This document shows positions 9,490 to 18,769 of a stretch of 53,025 bases of DNA, piece by piece. Positions within the stretch are counted from its first letter, which is position 1; every line of letters starts with the position of its first letter. The notes beneath the pieces are model-generated. The model ran no database searches. It was not told the origin of the DNA and saw nothing but the letters and a program-made list of their open reading frames with translations. The translations under genes were made by a program, and so were the position numbers. Origin of the DNA: Parcubacteria group bacterium (GTDB taxonomy: Bacteria > Patescibacteriota > Minisyncoccia > Phycocordibacterales > UBA2100). Location of the stretch: positions 1-53,025 of the forward strand of contig CALRGX010000007.1 in NCBI GenBank assembly GCA_943358385.1, read 5' to 3'.

Positions 9490-9565
9490 CTGTCTCTCCT
9501 TTGAAGACTGTGCGCACTATGCCCGTATGCAAGTCCGCTGGCAAGAACCTTGTATGTAAATGCGT

Positions 9566-10159
9566 CTACGCTCGGTTTTCCAGCGCGTAGCGCAATGTTT
9601 CAGCGTCTGCATACTCCAGCTCCGAGCCCGTGGAAAGCCCACGGCCAAGCATATGAATCGGTAGGGTCGGATACACTTCTTCGATAACGCCTCGCGCATG
9701 TGCAGCAGTGGCATCTCCTTCAGGATTTGCAGGGAAAGCAAGAATGACTTCTTCGGTCTCGCCCGCTCTGTGTTTCAGCAGTGCGAGTAGTTCTCGATCA
9801 CGCAGATGTGGTTGGTCTTGGGCGCCCAAGGTCACTGTGCCGCCTAAGATAAAGTAGGTCCCCGAGTAGGTGCGGGATCGTTCCATTGCATCTGCATCGG
9901 CGTCACTTGCAACGACCATCACTAAGGTACGGTCGCGCGTGGTGGCGCAGCGTTTGCATGCGCCCTTTTCGCCCTCATGAAATCGCTGGCAATCGCTGCA
10001 TTGAGAAACCGCTCGCGAGAGTTGCTGAATAGCCTCCGCGAGCTCGCGGCGTATGGCAGGGGATGTTTTCAAGAGATGCTGCACAAAACGCCCGGCCTGT
10101 CTCGGCCCAATGCCAGGGAATCGTTCGAAAATCGAGGCGAGTTTTTGCAGCGTATCCAC
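9566..10159 (-). CDS. recR: recombination mediator RecR
   Basis: FPGIGPRQA HhH, C4 zinc finger (CSDC...CKRC), Toprim with NPEGDATA and GSELEYAD; GTG start. Confidence 0.93.
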   Translation of the reverse strand: MDTLQKLASIFERFPGIGPRQAGRFVQHLLKTSPAIRRELAEAIQQLSRAVSQCSDCQRFHEGEKGACKRCATTRDRTLVMVVASDADADAMERSRTYSGTYFILGGTVTLGAQDQPHLRDRELLALLKHRAGETEEVILAFPANPEGDATAAHARGVIEEVYPTLPIHMLGRGLSTGSELEYADAETLRYALENRA

Positions 10160-10202
10160 AAGGAAGATTGTAGCGTAGATACGAGAGCTCGCCAGAGCGT
10201 GG

Positions 10203-11615
10203 TTAGAAAGTTTCCACGACCGCTTCGTCCTGACTCATGCCACCAAAATCGTCGCGCGCAACAGTCTCGAATCGTGTCTGACCCTCCTTAAAGGCAAGTT
10301 TTACGGTACCCACTGGGCCATTACGGTGCTTGGCGATAATCAACTCAATATCAATGAGCTCTTTCTTGAAATCGCCGTGCCCGTTGTCGAAATTGGAATC
10401 CTCCTGGTAGCGCTTGTCCTTGTCTTCGCGGTGAATGAACATCACCACGTCGGCATCCTGCTCAATAGCCCCAGATTCACGGAGGTCGGATAGGCGTGGG
10501 CGTCCGCCGCGTTGTTCCACTGCACGGGAAAGCTGTGAGAGGGCCACCACGGGCACATCGAGCTCGCGAGCCATTCCTTTCAATGAGCGCGAGATTTCAC
10601 TCACCTGGTTCGTTACAGAGTCATTGGGACGGTTTGATGAAGGAGTGATGAGTTGCAAATAGTCGATAATGACGAGCCCGAGCCCTTTCTCCACTTTAAG
10701 GCGCCTTGCCACTGAACGCATCGAAAGCACGGTGTTGGTGGACTTATCGTCAATGTAAATAGGTGCCTCATCCAAAACGCCGATCGCATTCTGTAGGTTT
10801 TCGTAATCGGTCTGCGTGAGTCCTTTACCAGTACGCAGTTTCCATGCATCCACATAGGCTGTTGCCGCAAGCATGCGCTCGGTCAATTGCTGTGCGCTCA
10901 TTTCTAAGCTAAAGACCCCAACTGGCACTTTTTGTTCAACGGCAACACGTCTAGCAATGTCCAGCGCCAAAGAAGTTTTACCCATGGAAGGGCGCGCCGC
11001 CAGAATGATGAGGTCAGATTTTTGAAACCCCGCCAGCTTGTTGTCGAGTGCAGGCAAACCGGTAGGCACACCGCGCATTTCACCGGGGTTCTGGCTTAAT
11101 CTCTCCATACGCTCCATGACTTCCTTCAATTCGCCGCTGATATCGGTAAATTTTTGCAAAGACGCCACATTAGCAATGCGGAAGACACGTGCCTGCGCTT
11201 CGTCTATTAGCTCGGCGATATCTCGCTCTTCAGCGTAGCCTAATTCTCCGATTTCTTGTGCCACAGCAATCAGCCCGCGGAGCGTTCCTTTTGCCTGGAC
11301 TACTTGTGCATAATGCGCGGCGCTACCAGGACTTGCGGTGACTGCAATTAACTCCGAAAGGTAGGTGCTCCCGCCAACTTTATCCAGCTGTTTGCGTTCG
11401 CGCATTTTTGCAGAAAGAGTTACCAAATCGATTGGCTCACCACGCTGGTGGAGTGCGAGCATGCCGTCAAAGATGGTCCCGTGCTTGCTGGCATAGAATG
11501 CCTCAGGGGAGATGATATCTGCCACTTCGTACATGGCATTCGGGTTCAACATGATGGCGCCCAAAAGGGCCTTCTCAGTTTCTAGATCTTGCGGAGGGAC
11601 ACGCGTCTGAGCCAT
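10203..11615 (-). CDS. dnaB: replicative DNA helicase DnaB
   Basis: PPQDLETEKALLG N-terminus, AARPSMGKT Walker A, IIDYLQL, SQLSRAVEQR, LRESGAIEQDAD; no intein-sized insertion. Confidence 0.98.
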   Translation of the reverse strand: MAQTRVPPQDLETEKALLGAIMLNPNAMYEVADIISPEAFYASKHGTIFDGMLALHQRGEPIDLVTLSAKMRERKQLDKVGGSTYLSELIAVTASPGSAAHYAQVVQAKGTLRGLIAVAQEIGELGYAEERDIAELIDEAQARVFRIANVASLQKFTDISGELKEVMERMERLSQNPGEMRGVPTGLPALDNKLAGFQKSDLIILAARPSMGKTSLALDIARRVAVEQKVPVGVFSLEMSAQQLTERMLAATAYVDAWKLRTGKGLTQTDYENLQNAIGVLDEAPIYIDDKSTNTVLSMRSVARRLKVEKGLGLVIIDYLQLITPSSNRPNDSVTNQVSEISRSLKGMARELDVPVVALSQLSRAVEQRGGRPRLSDLRESGAIEQDADVVMFIHREDKDKRYQEDSNFDNGHGDFKKELIDIELIIAKHRNGPVGTVKLAFKEGQTRFETVARDDFGGMSQDEAVVETF

Positions 11616-11857
11616 GCACGCATTGTACCCGCTCAAAATGCTGACGTATCAGGACCACCAGTGCGAACATGTTGTTTACCTGTGGATAGGAAATTGGCGG
11701 GTCATATTTCTCATTGCGCGGAGGGGACCATGAGCAAAAGTCACACCGCTGGACGGCTACTTCTCCACACCACACCTAGGGGCATTTGACAAACTGTGTC
11801 ATACCTGATAGAAATTAGGCCATACATTAGACATTAAGCAATCGACCCCAACCCACT

Positions 11858-12886
11858 ATGATCTCGTTTTCCCCACGTGCCGTGACGAAAGAGCTTCTTG
11901 CAACGCTCCCCGAGCGTTCCCGCGCCGTGCTGGTAGGACGTTTCGGATTGGACAAAGTAGGGGAATCTAAGACCCTTGAAGCGATTGGCGCACAGTACGG
12001 CATCACCCGCGAGCGCGTACGCCAGATTGAAAACCACGGCATCGCCGCTATCCGTGGATCCGACGCCTACCGTGCCTATGAAGCAGCACTTGAAGAGCTC
12101 CGTAAAGCTTTTGAAAAATTGGGCAGCATCATTACAGAAGACCAGGCACTTACAGAAATTCCAAAAGGGAAGGCAGATAAAAACTTTGTGCAATTTTTGA
12201 TGGTGGTAGGTGACCCATTCACCGTACTGCGCGAAGACGACTCGTTTAACCGCCGCTGGCACACCGACGACGACCTTTCAGGCAAAGTGCACGAAGCGCT
12301 TGAGGCACTCCACGATGCAGTTGACCCAGAACACTTGGTACCAGAGGAAGAATTCTTCAACCGTTTTAATTCATGTCTCGTTCAGTCTGGCGTGAAGAAA
12401 CCTCAAAACAAGGATGCCATGACTCGCTGGCTTGCGCTTTCTAAGAAGGTAGCACGCAACCCACTCGGAGAATGGGGCAAGGCTGACTCACCTCATGTTC
12501 GTGTAAAATCAATGCGCGATTACGCATACCTGACCCTCAAGCGCCACGGTTCACCGATGCACTTCACCGAGGTAGCACAGGGTATTGAAAAGCTTTTCAA
12601 AAAGAAGGCACATCCTGCAACCACGCACAACGAACTCATCAAAGACAAGCGCTTTGTCCTCGTCGGTCGCGGTCTCTACGCTCTAAAAGAGTGGGGCTAC
12701 GAAGTAGGTGTTGTACGTGATGTTATTGAAAACATCTTGCAGCGTGAAGGAAAGCCACTGACCCGCGAAGAAATCATCGAGCGCGTAAAGCGCGAGCGAT
12801 ACGTCAAAGATGCAACTATCATTGTGAATCTGCAAGACGGAGCTTTCAAACGAACACCAGACGGCAAGTACGCTCTCTCAAAATAA
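11858..12886 (+). CDS. sigma70 region-4 HTH fused to HARE-HTH/RNAP-delta-like winged helices
   Basis: TLEAIGAQYGITRERVRQIE (sigma r4.2) at the N-terminus; AYLTLKRHGSPMHFTEVA...FVLVGRGLYALKEW (HARE-HTH-like) plus a second wHTH at the C-terminus; no sigma region 2. Confidence 0.8.
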   Translation: MISFSPRAVTKELLATLPERSRAVLVGRFGLDKVGESKTLEAIGAQYGITRERVRQIENHGIAAIRGSDAYRAYEAALEELRKAFEKLGSIITEDQALTEIPKGKADKNFVQFLMVVGDPFTVLREDDSFNRRWHTDDDLSGKVHEALEALHDAVDPEHLVPEEEFFNRFNSCLVQSGVKKPQNKDAMTRWLALSKKVARNPLGEWGKADSPHVRVKSMRDYAYLTLKRHGSPMHFTEVAQGIEKLFKKKAHPATTHNELIKDKRFVLVGRGLYALKEWGYEVGVVRDVIENILQREGKPLTREEIIERVKRERYVKDATIIVNLQDGAFKRTPDGKYALSK

Positions 12887-12905
12887 TCCAACAGTGCACA
12901 GTACG

Positions 12906-12933
12906 ACAACCTCTTCCACACGGAAGAGGTTGT
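12906..12933 (+). terminator. intrinsic terminator hairpin
   Basis: ACAACCTCTTCC-acac-GGAAGAGGTTGT, 12-bp perfect stem followed by TT. Confidence 0.75.
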
Positions 12934-12954
12934 TTGCAATGATATGATGAGTGC

Positions 12955-14271
12955 GTGAATTGGCTGACGGAAACCCTCGAAGGATTCGGCATACCTGAAA
13001 GCCTGACACTTTCAGTACTCTTGGTATTGATACTGATGGGTGTCGCTACGTACGCGCCTGCCGTGCTGGTTCAGATGATTCTGGGAGTTTTTGCGCTGGC
13101 GCCACTGTGGCTGCCACCACTTCTTGCCTACGGGCTCTGGTACCTGTGGATTAAATATGTGCAGACGCGCTTTCTGGCAAAAACCGAAACTGTGCTCCTT
13201 GAAATAAAGGTCCCGCGTGACATTGAGAAATCGCCGCGAGCGATGGAGCTTTTCTTTGCGGGCATTCACAACGTCTCTTCCGGCGACGGCACGTTCATTG
13301 CTCGTTGGATAGATGGAAAAGTGCGCCCGTGGTGGTCTTTTGAGTTGGTGTCTGATGAAGGGCGTATTCGATTTTTTGTGTGGCTCCGCAAGAGCTTGCG
13401 TATCTATACCGAGTCACAGCTTTACGCGCAGTACCCCGGTATAGAAATCTACGAGGTGCCGGATTATGCCTTGAACTACGGATTTGATTTGGCGAAGCAC
13501 AATATTTGGGGCTGCAACTTTCATTTAGGAAAAGCCGACGTATACCCTATAAAGTCATATATCGATTATGGTTTAGACAAGGATCCAAAAGAAGAGTACA
13601 AAGTTGACCCGATAGCACATCTTTTTGAATTCCTGAGCACTCTGAAAGCAGGCGAGCAGGCGTGGTTGCAAATTATGGTGCGCTCAAACAAAGATCAGCG
13701 CCCTAAAGAAGGAACGTGGTTTGGGAAAGAGAACCGCTGGCAGAACGAAGCGAAGGACGAAATTAAAAAAATAAAGAAAGATGCGACGCCGATTATGGAA
13801 GGTCCGGACGGCACTAAACGACCAGGTTTCATGTCGCTCTCTCCCGCAGATGAACAAAAAATTGACTCACTGAGCAGAAGCCTCGAGAAGAGTGCCTTTG
13901 ATACGGGGATTCGTGGTATCTATGTGGCCAAAAAAGACAGCTTTAATGGCGCGCGTATAGCAGGGCTCACGGGTGTATTCAAACAATTCAGCTCGGGCCA
14001 TCTTAATACCATCGTTCCTTCTGGGTACCACGCAATTTTTGATTATCCTTGGCAAGAATGGTTTGACGCCTACAACCGAATGAGTAAAAAAATCATGGAC
14101 GCGTACATGCGACGCTCGTGGTTTTACCCACCCCACAAGACGCACTGGTTTGTTATGACCAGTGAAGAGTTGGCGACCGTCTATCATTTCCCGAGCCGTG
14201 GTATCTTGGCGCCTGGGCTCGACCGTATTCCTGCGCGTAAAGCCGAGCCACCACCAAATCTTCCGATTTAA
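12955..14271 (+). CDS. conserved hypothetical membrane-anchored protein resembling the N-terminal module of VirD4/TraG-like proteins (DUF8128-like)
   Basis: N-terminal TMs, LLEIKVPRDIEKSPRAME, WSFELVS, SQLYAQYP, MTSEELATVYHFP; no Walker A; family recalled, not searched. Confidence 0.55.
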   Translation: MNWLTETLEGFGIPESLTLSVLLVLILMGVATYAPAVLVQMILGVFALAPLWLPPLLAYGLWYLWIKYVQTRFLAKTETVLLEIKVPRDIEKSPRAMELFFAGIHNVSSGDGTFIARWIDGKVRPWWSFELVSDEGRIRFFVWLRKSLRIYTESQLYAQYPGIEIYEVPDYALNYGFDLAKHNIWGCNFHLGKADVYPIKSYIDYGLDKDPKEEYKVDPIAHLFEFLSTLKAGEQAWLQIMVRSNKDQRPKEGTWFGKENRWQNEAKDEIKKIKKDATPIMEGPDGTKRPGFMSLSPADEQKIDSLSRSLEKSAFDTGIRGIYVAKKDSFNGARIAGLTGVFKQFSSGHLNTIVPSGYHAIFDYPWQEWFDAYNRMSKKIMDAYMRRSWFYPPHKTHWFVMTSEELATVYHFPSRGILAPGLDRIPARKAEPPPNLPI

Positions 14272-14282
14272 ATGAACGCATC

Positions 14283-15311
14283 ATGAACGAGACACCAATA
14301 CACACTGCGTGGGACACTTTCCGTGAATATCGCGATGCGTTTTACCAACACTGGAATAGCGGCATCAATCGTAAAACAACTGCGCTGATTATTGCCATCA
14401 TTGCGCCCGTTTTGATTGCATACGTCACTCTGATTAGCGCCCCGAGCGATTTTCCTATTGATGGCATCGTGTCTATCTCGCCTGAGAGTACGCTTGCAGA
14501 GTCAGCACTGGAGCTAGAAGCACAAAAAGTAGTGCGCTCTGCTGGTGCACTGGAAGCGGTGGTTCGCCTCATGGGTGGCGCGCGTTCGGTGCATGCGGGC
14601 GACTACCAATTCCATCAAGCGCAAAATACTATTTCCGTGGCTCGCGCTATCATCTACGGCTACTACGGGCTGGAGCCGTTGCGCATACGCATTCCCGAAG
14701 GTTCCACAGTAGAAATGATGGCACCACTCCTTGCAAAGAAACTGCCACGATTTGATGCAGCCGCATTTATTGCAGCCGCAAAACCTATGGAAGGGTATTA
14801 TTATCCGGATACGTACTTCTTCCTTCCCAATGCTGACACAGAAACAGTACTCAAAACACTGCGCGATACCTTTGACGAGCGCATTGCTCCATTGGTGCCG
14901 CAAATAGAAGCGTCCGGCCACACACTGCATGAAATTGTAACGATGGCATCACTACTGGAACTCGAGGCGCACATCTACAACGACAAGCGTATGATTGCCG
15001 GGTTGTTGTGGCACCGACTCGACATCAATATGCCGCTCCAAGTAGATGCCGCATTTTTATACTTCTTGGGAAAGAGTACTTTCTCGCTTACGCTCAAGGA
15101 TCTGCAGTACGATTCCCCGTACAACACGTACAAGTACAAAGGTCTCCCACCAGGCCCTATTACCAATCCGGGCATTCGCTCGCTCCAAGCTGCCGTCGAC
15201 CCCATTGAAAACAACTACATCTTTTACCTTGCAGACAACAACGGCGTTACGTACTACAGCAAAACCTACGAAGAGCACTTGCGAAAGAAGCGACTGTACT
15301 TGGGAACGTAG
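14283..15311 (+). CDS. mltG: endolytic transglycosylase MltG
   Basis: Single TM, RIPEG, MEGYYYPDTY, MASLLELEA (catalytic Glu region), PLQVDA, SPYNTYKYKGLPPGPITNPG. Confidence 0.93.
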   Translation: MNETPIHTAWDTFREYRDAFYQHWNSGINRKTTALIIAIIAPVLIAYVTLISAPSDFPIDGIVSISPESTLAESALELEAQKVVRSAGALEAVVRLMGGARSVHAGDYQFHQAQNTISVARAIIYGYYGLEPLRIRIPEGSTVEMMAPLLAKKLPRFDAAAFIAAAKPMEGYYYPDTYFFLPNADTETVLKTLRDTFDERIAPLVPQIEASGHTLHEIVTMASLLELEAHIYNDKRMIAGLLWHRLDINMPLQVDAAFLYFLGKSTFSLTLKDLQYDSPYNTYKYKGLPPGPITNPGIRSLQAAVDPIENNYIFYLADNNGVTYYSKTYEEHLRKKRLYLGT

Positions 15312-15347
15312 ATTTGATTTGTGCAGCGCCTAGCGTAGAGTCTCGGT

Positions 15348-16403
15348 ATGCATGTATTTGTAGGACTTTCCGGAGGTGTTGATTCGGCTGTTGCGGCACA
15401 CCTGCTCATCAAAGCGAGACACCAAGTAGAGGGAATATTTGTGCGCATCTGGCAGCCAGAATTTACTCATTGCACGATGGAGGCGGATCGCCTCAGTGCC
15501 AAACGGGTCGCCGCGCATCTAGGGATCCCATTTCACGAACTCGATCTGTCGGATGCATATCGCGCCACAGTGATCCAAGACCTTCTGGATGGTTACCAAA
15601 AAGGGGAAACACCTAACCCAGATATTCTTTGCAACCAACACATAAAATTTGGTGCGCTGTTGAACCATGTACGCGAGTTAGGGGGTGAGTACTTGGCAAC
15701 AGGGCATTACGCACGTGTGCATCACCATGAGAATGGGTCATCCTTACAGCGTGGTATCGATAGCACCAAAGACCAAACATATTTTCTGGCCCGTATGTCG
15801 CAAAATATGCTGCAGCATGCACAATTTCCCCTCGGTGCAATGAAAAAAAAAGAAGTGCGTGCAATCGCGCAAAATATCAATCTTCCCAATGCACATCGAC
15901 CCGACAGCCAAGGACTTTGTTTTGTGGGGCCTGTCACTATGGAAGAGTTCCTGAAGCAATACATCACCGTTGCACCAGGAAACGTAGTCGACCAGGAGGG
16001 AAATACTATTGGCGCTCATCATGGTGCAGCGCTCTACACCATCGGCCAACGACATGGTTTTGTGGTACAGGCTACGCAGCCTGATGGCGCTCCACAGTAT
16101 ATTATCGCCACGGATGTGATAAAAAACACTGTCACCGTGGCACCTACAATAACTGCAGCTGAACGACCCATACTTCCACTCAGAAATGTGTCATGGCTTG
16201 AGACACCACTGGAAAACGAAGAAATCACTTTTCAGGTCCGCTACCGACAATCGCCGCAAAAAGGCACGATCGACCTTGCAAAAAATACACTGACTCCGCA
16301 CGAACGACAGATCGCCGCAACAGGACAAACCGTGGTGATGTACCGCGACGAGGTGTGCCTTGGAGCCGGAACTCTTGATGGGGCACAAAGCACGCACGAA
16401 TAG
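15348..16403 (+). CDS. mnmA: tRNA-specific 2-thiouridylase MnmA
   Basis: SGGVDS, TPNPDILCNQHIKFG, ATGHYA, KDQTYFL, DSQGLCF. Confidence 0.96.
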   Translation: MHVFVGLSGGVDSAVAAHLLIKARHQVEGIFVRIWQPEFTHCTMEADRLSAKRVAAHLGIPFHELDLSDAYRATVIQDLLDGYQKGETPNPDILCNQHIKFGALLNHVRELGGEYLATGHYARVHHHENGSSLQRGIDSTKDQTYFLARMSQNMLQHAQFPLGAMKKKEVRAIAQNINLPNAHRPDSQGLCFVGPVTMEEFLKQYITVAPGNVVDQEGNTIGAHHGAALYTIGQRHGFVVQATQPDGAPQYIIATDVIKNTVTVAPTITAAERPILPLRNVSWLETPLENEEITFQVRYRQSPQKGTIDLAKNTLTPHERQIAATGQTVVMYRDEVCLGAGTLDGAQSTHE

Positions 16404-16454
16404 TTCGTGTGAACAAAGCAGCGGGGCAATGTGCGTACATGCTACGATGCAGAC

Positions 16455-16844
16455 ATGTTTGCACGACTCGTCTGGTTTGCGCTCGCATCAGGCCTCGTCG
16501 CATTTGCCACACAAACCTTTTTCTCAAGTGTGGTAAATGCTCAAGTAACAGACGATGCGCGCACGATTCGTGCCCAGCATAGCTACAAGAGCGAAGTCCA
16601 CGATATCCAAGGTATGGCCATGGTGCCCAGTGATTGCTATGACCTTTCCGTACGCGTGCGTGATTTTGATGCAGCGACAACTATTTTAGTCTTCGAGACA
16701 TGGGAGCAACCGTATCGCCACTGCGAAAACCCACTGCCTGCAGCAAAGCATTTCAAGGTCGCTGTATTCGCACCAGAGAACATAAAATTCAAAGCAATGC
16801 TCGATCATGAATGGGCACCCTTAGAATTGAGCGACAAAAAATAG
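16455..16844 (+). CDS. hypothetical exported protein
   Basis: Signal-peptide-like N-terminus MFARLVWFALASGL; TACGAT 6 nt before the ATG; two Cys. Confidence 0.65.
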   Translation: MFARLVWFALASGLVAFATQTFFSSVVNAQVTDDARTIRAQHSYKSEVHDIQGMAMVPSDCYDLSVRVRDFDAATTILVFETWEQPYRHCENPLPAAKHFKVAVFAPENIKFKAMLDHEWAPLELSDKK

Positions 16845-16845
16845 T

Positions 16846-17724
16846 ATGCCGTCGATTCTTATAACTAAAGCTGACGGGGAGCAGGAGCCATTTGATCTGA
16901 ACAAACTTCGCGAATCTCTGCTGCGAGCGGGCGTACCTGAAGGACAAGAGGACCATGTCATGACGCACGTCTTGAAGGAAATCCGCGATGGTATGACGAC
17001 CAGTGCGATCTATCGACATGTGTTTGAATACCTGCACAAAAGCTTCGAAGCACCAATTGCTGCACGCTACTCGGTAAAGCGCGCAGTGTTTGACTTGGGT
17101 CCTTCTGGATACCCATTCGAACAATTCGTGGCTGCCATTCTACGTATGCAAGGATACAGTGCACGCACCGGACTTGCGCTCACGGGCAAGTGCGCACCCC
17201 ATGAAGTCGACGTACTTGCCGAAAAAGCAGGTCATAAAATCGGCATCGAGGTCAAATTCCACAACACGCCAGGGGTAAAAACTGATTTGAAGGACGCACT
17301 CTATGTGCACGCGCGATTCGAAGACTTAAAAGCAGCACCTGAAGAAACTTCGCGAGTCGATGAAGGATGGCTGGTGACGAATACACGTTTTACTCGCAAT
17401 GCCATTCGCTACGGGCGTTGTGCAGGCCTCACGATGGTTGGTTGGGACTACCCGCGTGGTCACGGCATCCTTTCCTTGATTGCAGAAATGGGCATTCATC
17501 CGGTGACCTGCCTCACGACACTCAGCCAAAATGAAAAACGCCATCTTCTTGATAAAAATATTGTACTGTGTAAGACGATTCGCGAGGACCATGCGCTTTT
17601 AGGCTCCATGGGTATTAGCGGACAGCACGCAAAAGACGTTCTGGGCGAAGCAAACCAGCTCTGCACCCCCGTAGGCACCCCGCTTGCTCCTTTTGACAGT
17701 CGAACAACTCTCGCGCATCATTAA
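16846..17724 (+). CDS. ATP-cone domain fused to an Mrr-like PD-(D/E)xK endonuclease domain
   Basis: ITKADGEQEPFDLNKL (ATP cone); FEQFVAAIL...HEVDVLA...IEVKFH (Mrr_cat-like). Confidence 0.8.
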   Translation: MPSILITKADGEQEPFDLNKLRESLLRAGVPEGQEDHVMTHVLKEIRDGMTTSAIYRHVFEYLHKSFEAPIAARYSVKRAVFDLGPSGYPFEQFVAAILRMQGYSARTGLALTGKCAPHEVDVLAEKAGHKIGIEVKFHNTPGVKTDLKDALYVHARFEDLKAAPEETSRVDEGWLVTNTRFTRNAIRYGRCAGLTMVGWDYPRGHGILSLIAEMGIHPVTCLTTLSQNEKRHLLDKNIVLCKTIREDHALLGSMGISGQHAKDVLGEANQLCTPVGTPLAPFDSRTTLAHH

Positions 17725-17727
17725 GCC

Positions 17728-18231
17728 ATGATTGAGTCGAAAAGCGCACGGGCTGTCTTCTTTGCTGTCGGCGGCTTTGTTGCAGGCGCAGCACTGATGG
17801 GCACAAGCAGTAATTTTTTAGCGCCTGAAAAAAAGCAGATCGTGGCAATTGTGCCAGCACGCAATCAAATTACAGCCAGCACTTCTGCGAATGCCATTGT
17901 TCCAGCATCGGCAGAAGCGGCTGTTCAGGTAAACACTCAAGCACCTACCTCCAGCGTCATGGTTTCCTCGGTAGCACTCGCTGTTTCGGGGTGGTTGGTA
18001 GTGCATGAACTCACGGATGGACACGTAGGCAACGCTCTGGGAGCCGCTAGGCGCGATGCGGGCACATATGCTGACGTTTCAATTGAGCTCCTGCGCCCCA
18101 CAGAAGCGAAGACGCCATACATGCTCGTCTTATACCGTGACAATGGCAACAAAGAATTCGATATCCGAGGTGATATCCCCATCGTTGACCAAAAGGGTGA
18201 CCCGGTGATGCAAAGATTTGAGACACTGTAA
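17728..18231 (+). CDS. membrane-anchored beta-rich hypothetical protein (DUF7282-like)
   Basis: N-terminal TM; VSSVALAVSGWLVVHE...LGAARRDAG...LVLYRDNG pattern recalled from DUF7282; not searched. Confidence 0.5.
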   Translation: MIESKSARAVFFAVGGFVAGAALMGTSSNFLAPEKKQIVAIVPARNQITASTSANAIVPASAEAAVQVNTQAPTSSVMVSSVALAVSGWLVVHELTDGHVGNALGAARRDAGTYADVSIELLRPTEAKTPYMLVLYRDNGNKEFDIRGDIPIVDQKGDPVMQRFETL

Positions 18232-18235
18232 GCAT

Positions 18236-18733
18236 ATGCTCACGCCTTCACTCCTCGTCTTTGGTCAGCTCATGCTTGCCACGGTGTTGGGTATGCTTAT
18301 TGGAACAGAGCGCGTAGCGGCAGGGAAGCGTGCCGGGACACGCACATTTGCACTCGTTGCCATGGGTGCATGCTTGTTTGTGATTACTGGGAAAGAAGTC
18401 AGCGACGCATACCTGGGTATTCTCAACTTCGATCCAATGCGCATTGCAGCCGCTGTAGTTCAGGGTGTTGGCTTTCTAGGCGCTGGTCTCATTTTCGTAC
18501 GCGACAATACCTTGAACGGGCTCACCACCGCAGCAGGTCTCTGGGTAGCTGCAGGAGTAGGTATTGCTGCCGGTTTTGAACTATATGCAATAGCCTGTTT
18601 TGCCACTTTCCTCACGCTGTTTGTCTTTACCGTCGTATGGCGTGTTGAAGATTTTTTGAAACACTTTTTTGATTCACACGAAGTGGCAACACATGGCCCA
18701 CATAGCCACCAGCGCGACCAGGGTATTGAGTAG
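18236..18733 (+). CDS. MgtC/SapB family membrane protein
   Basis: IGTER...AGTRTFALV, DPMRIAAAVVQGVGFLGAGLI, GLTTAAGLW. Confidence 0.93.
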   Translation: MLTPSLLVFGQLMLATVLGMLIGTERVAAGKRAGTRTFALVAMGACLFVITGKEVSDAYLGILNFDPMRIAAAVVQGVGFLGAGLIFVRDNTLNGLTTAAGLWVAAGVGIAAGFELYAIACFATFLTLFVFTVVWRVEDFLKHFFDSHEVATHGPHSHQRDQGIE

Positions 18734-18769
18734 CTCACTGCACGGCAGCGTCAGTGATACACTGCACCC

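Noticed and set aside
225-9544. Orphan genes as integron cassettes
   Set aside because: They carry their own promoters, no attC-type GTTRRRY/RYYYAAC structures were recognised, and there is no integrase.
10203-11615. Possible intein in DnaB
   Set aside because: The length and motif spacing are those of an uninterrupted DnaB.
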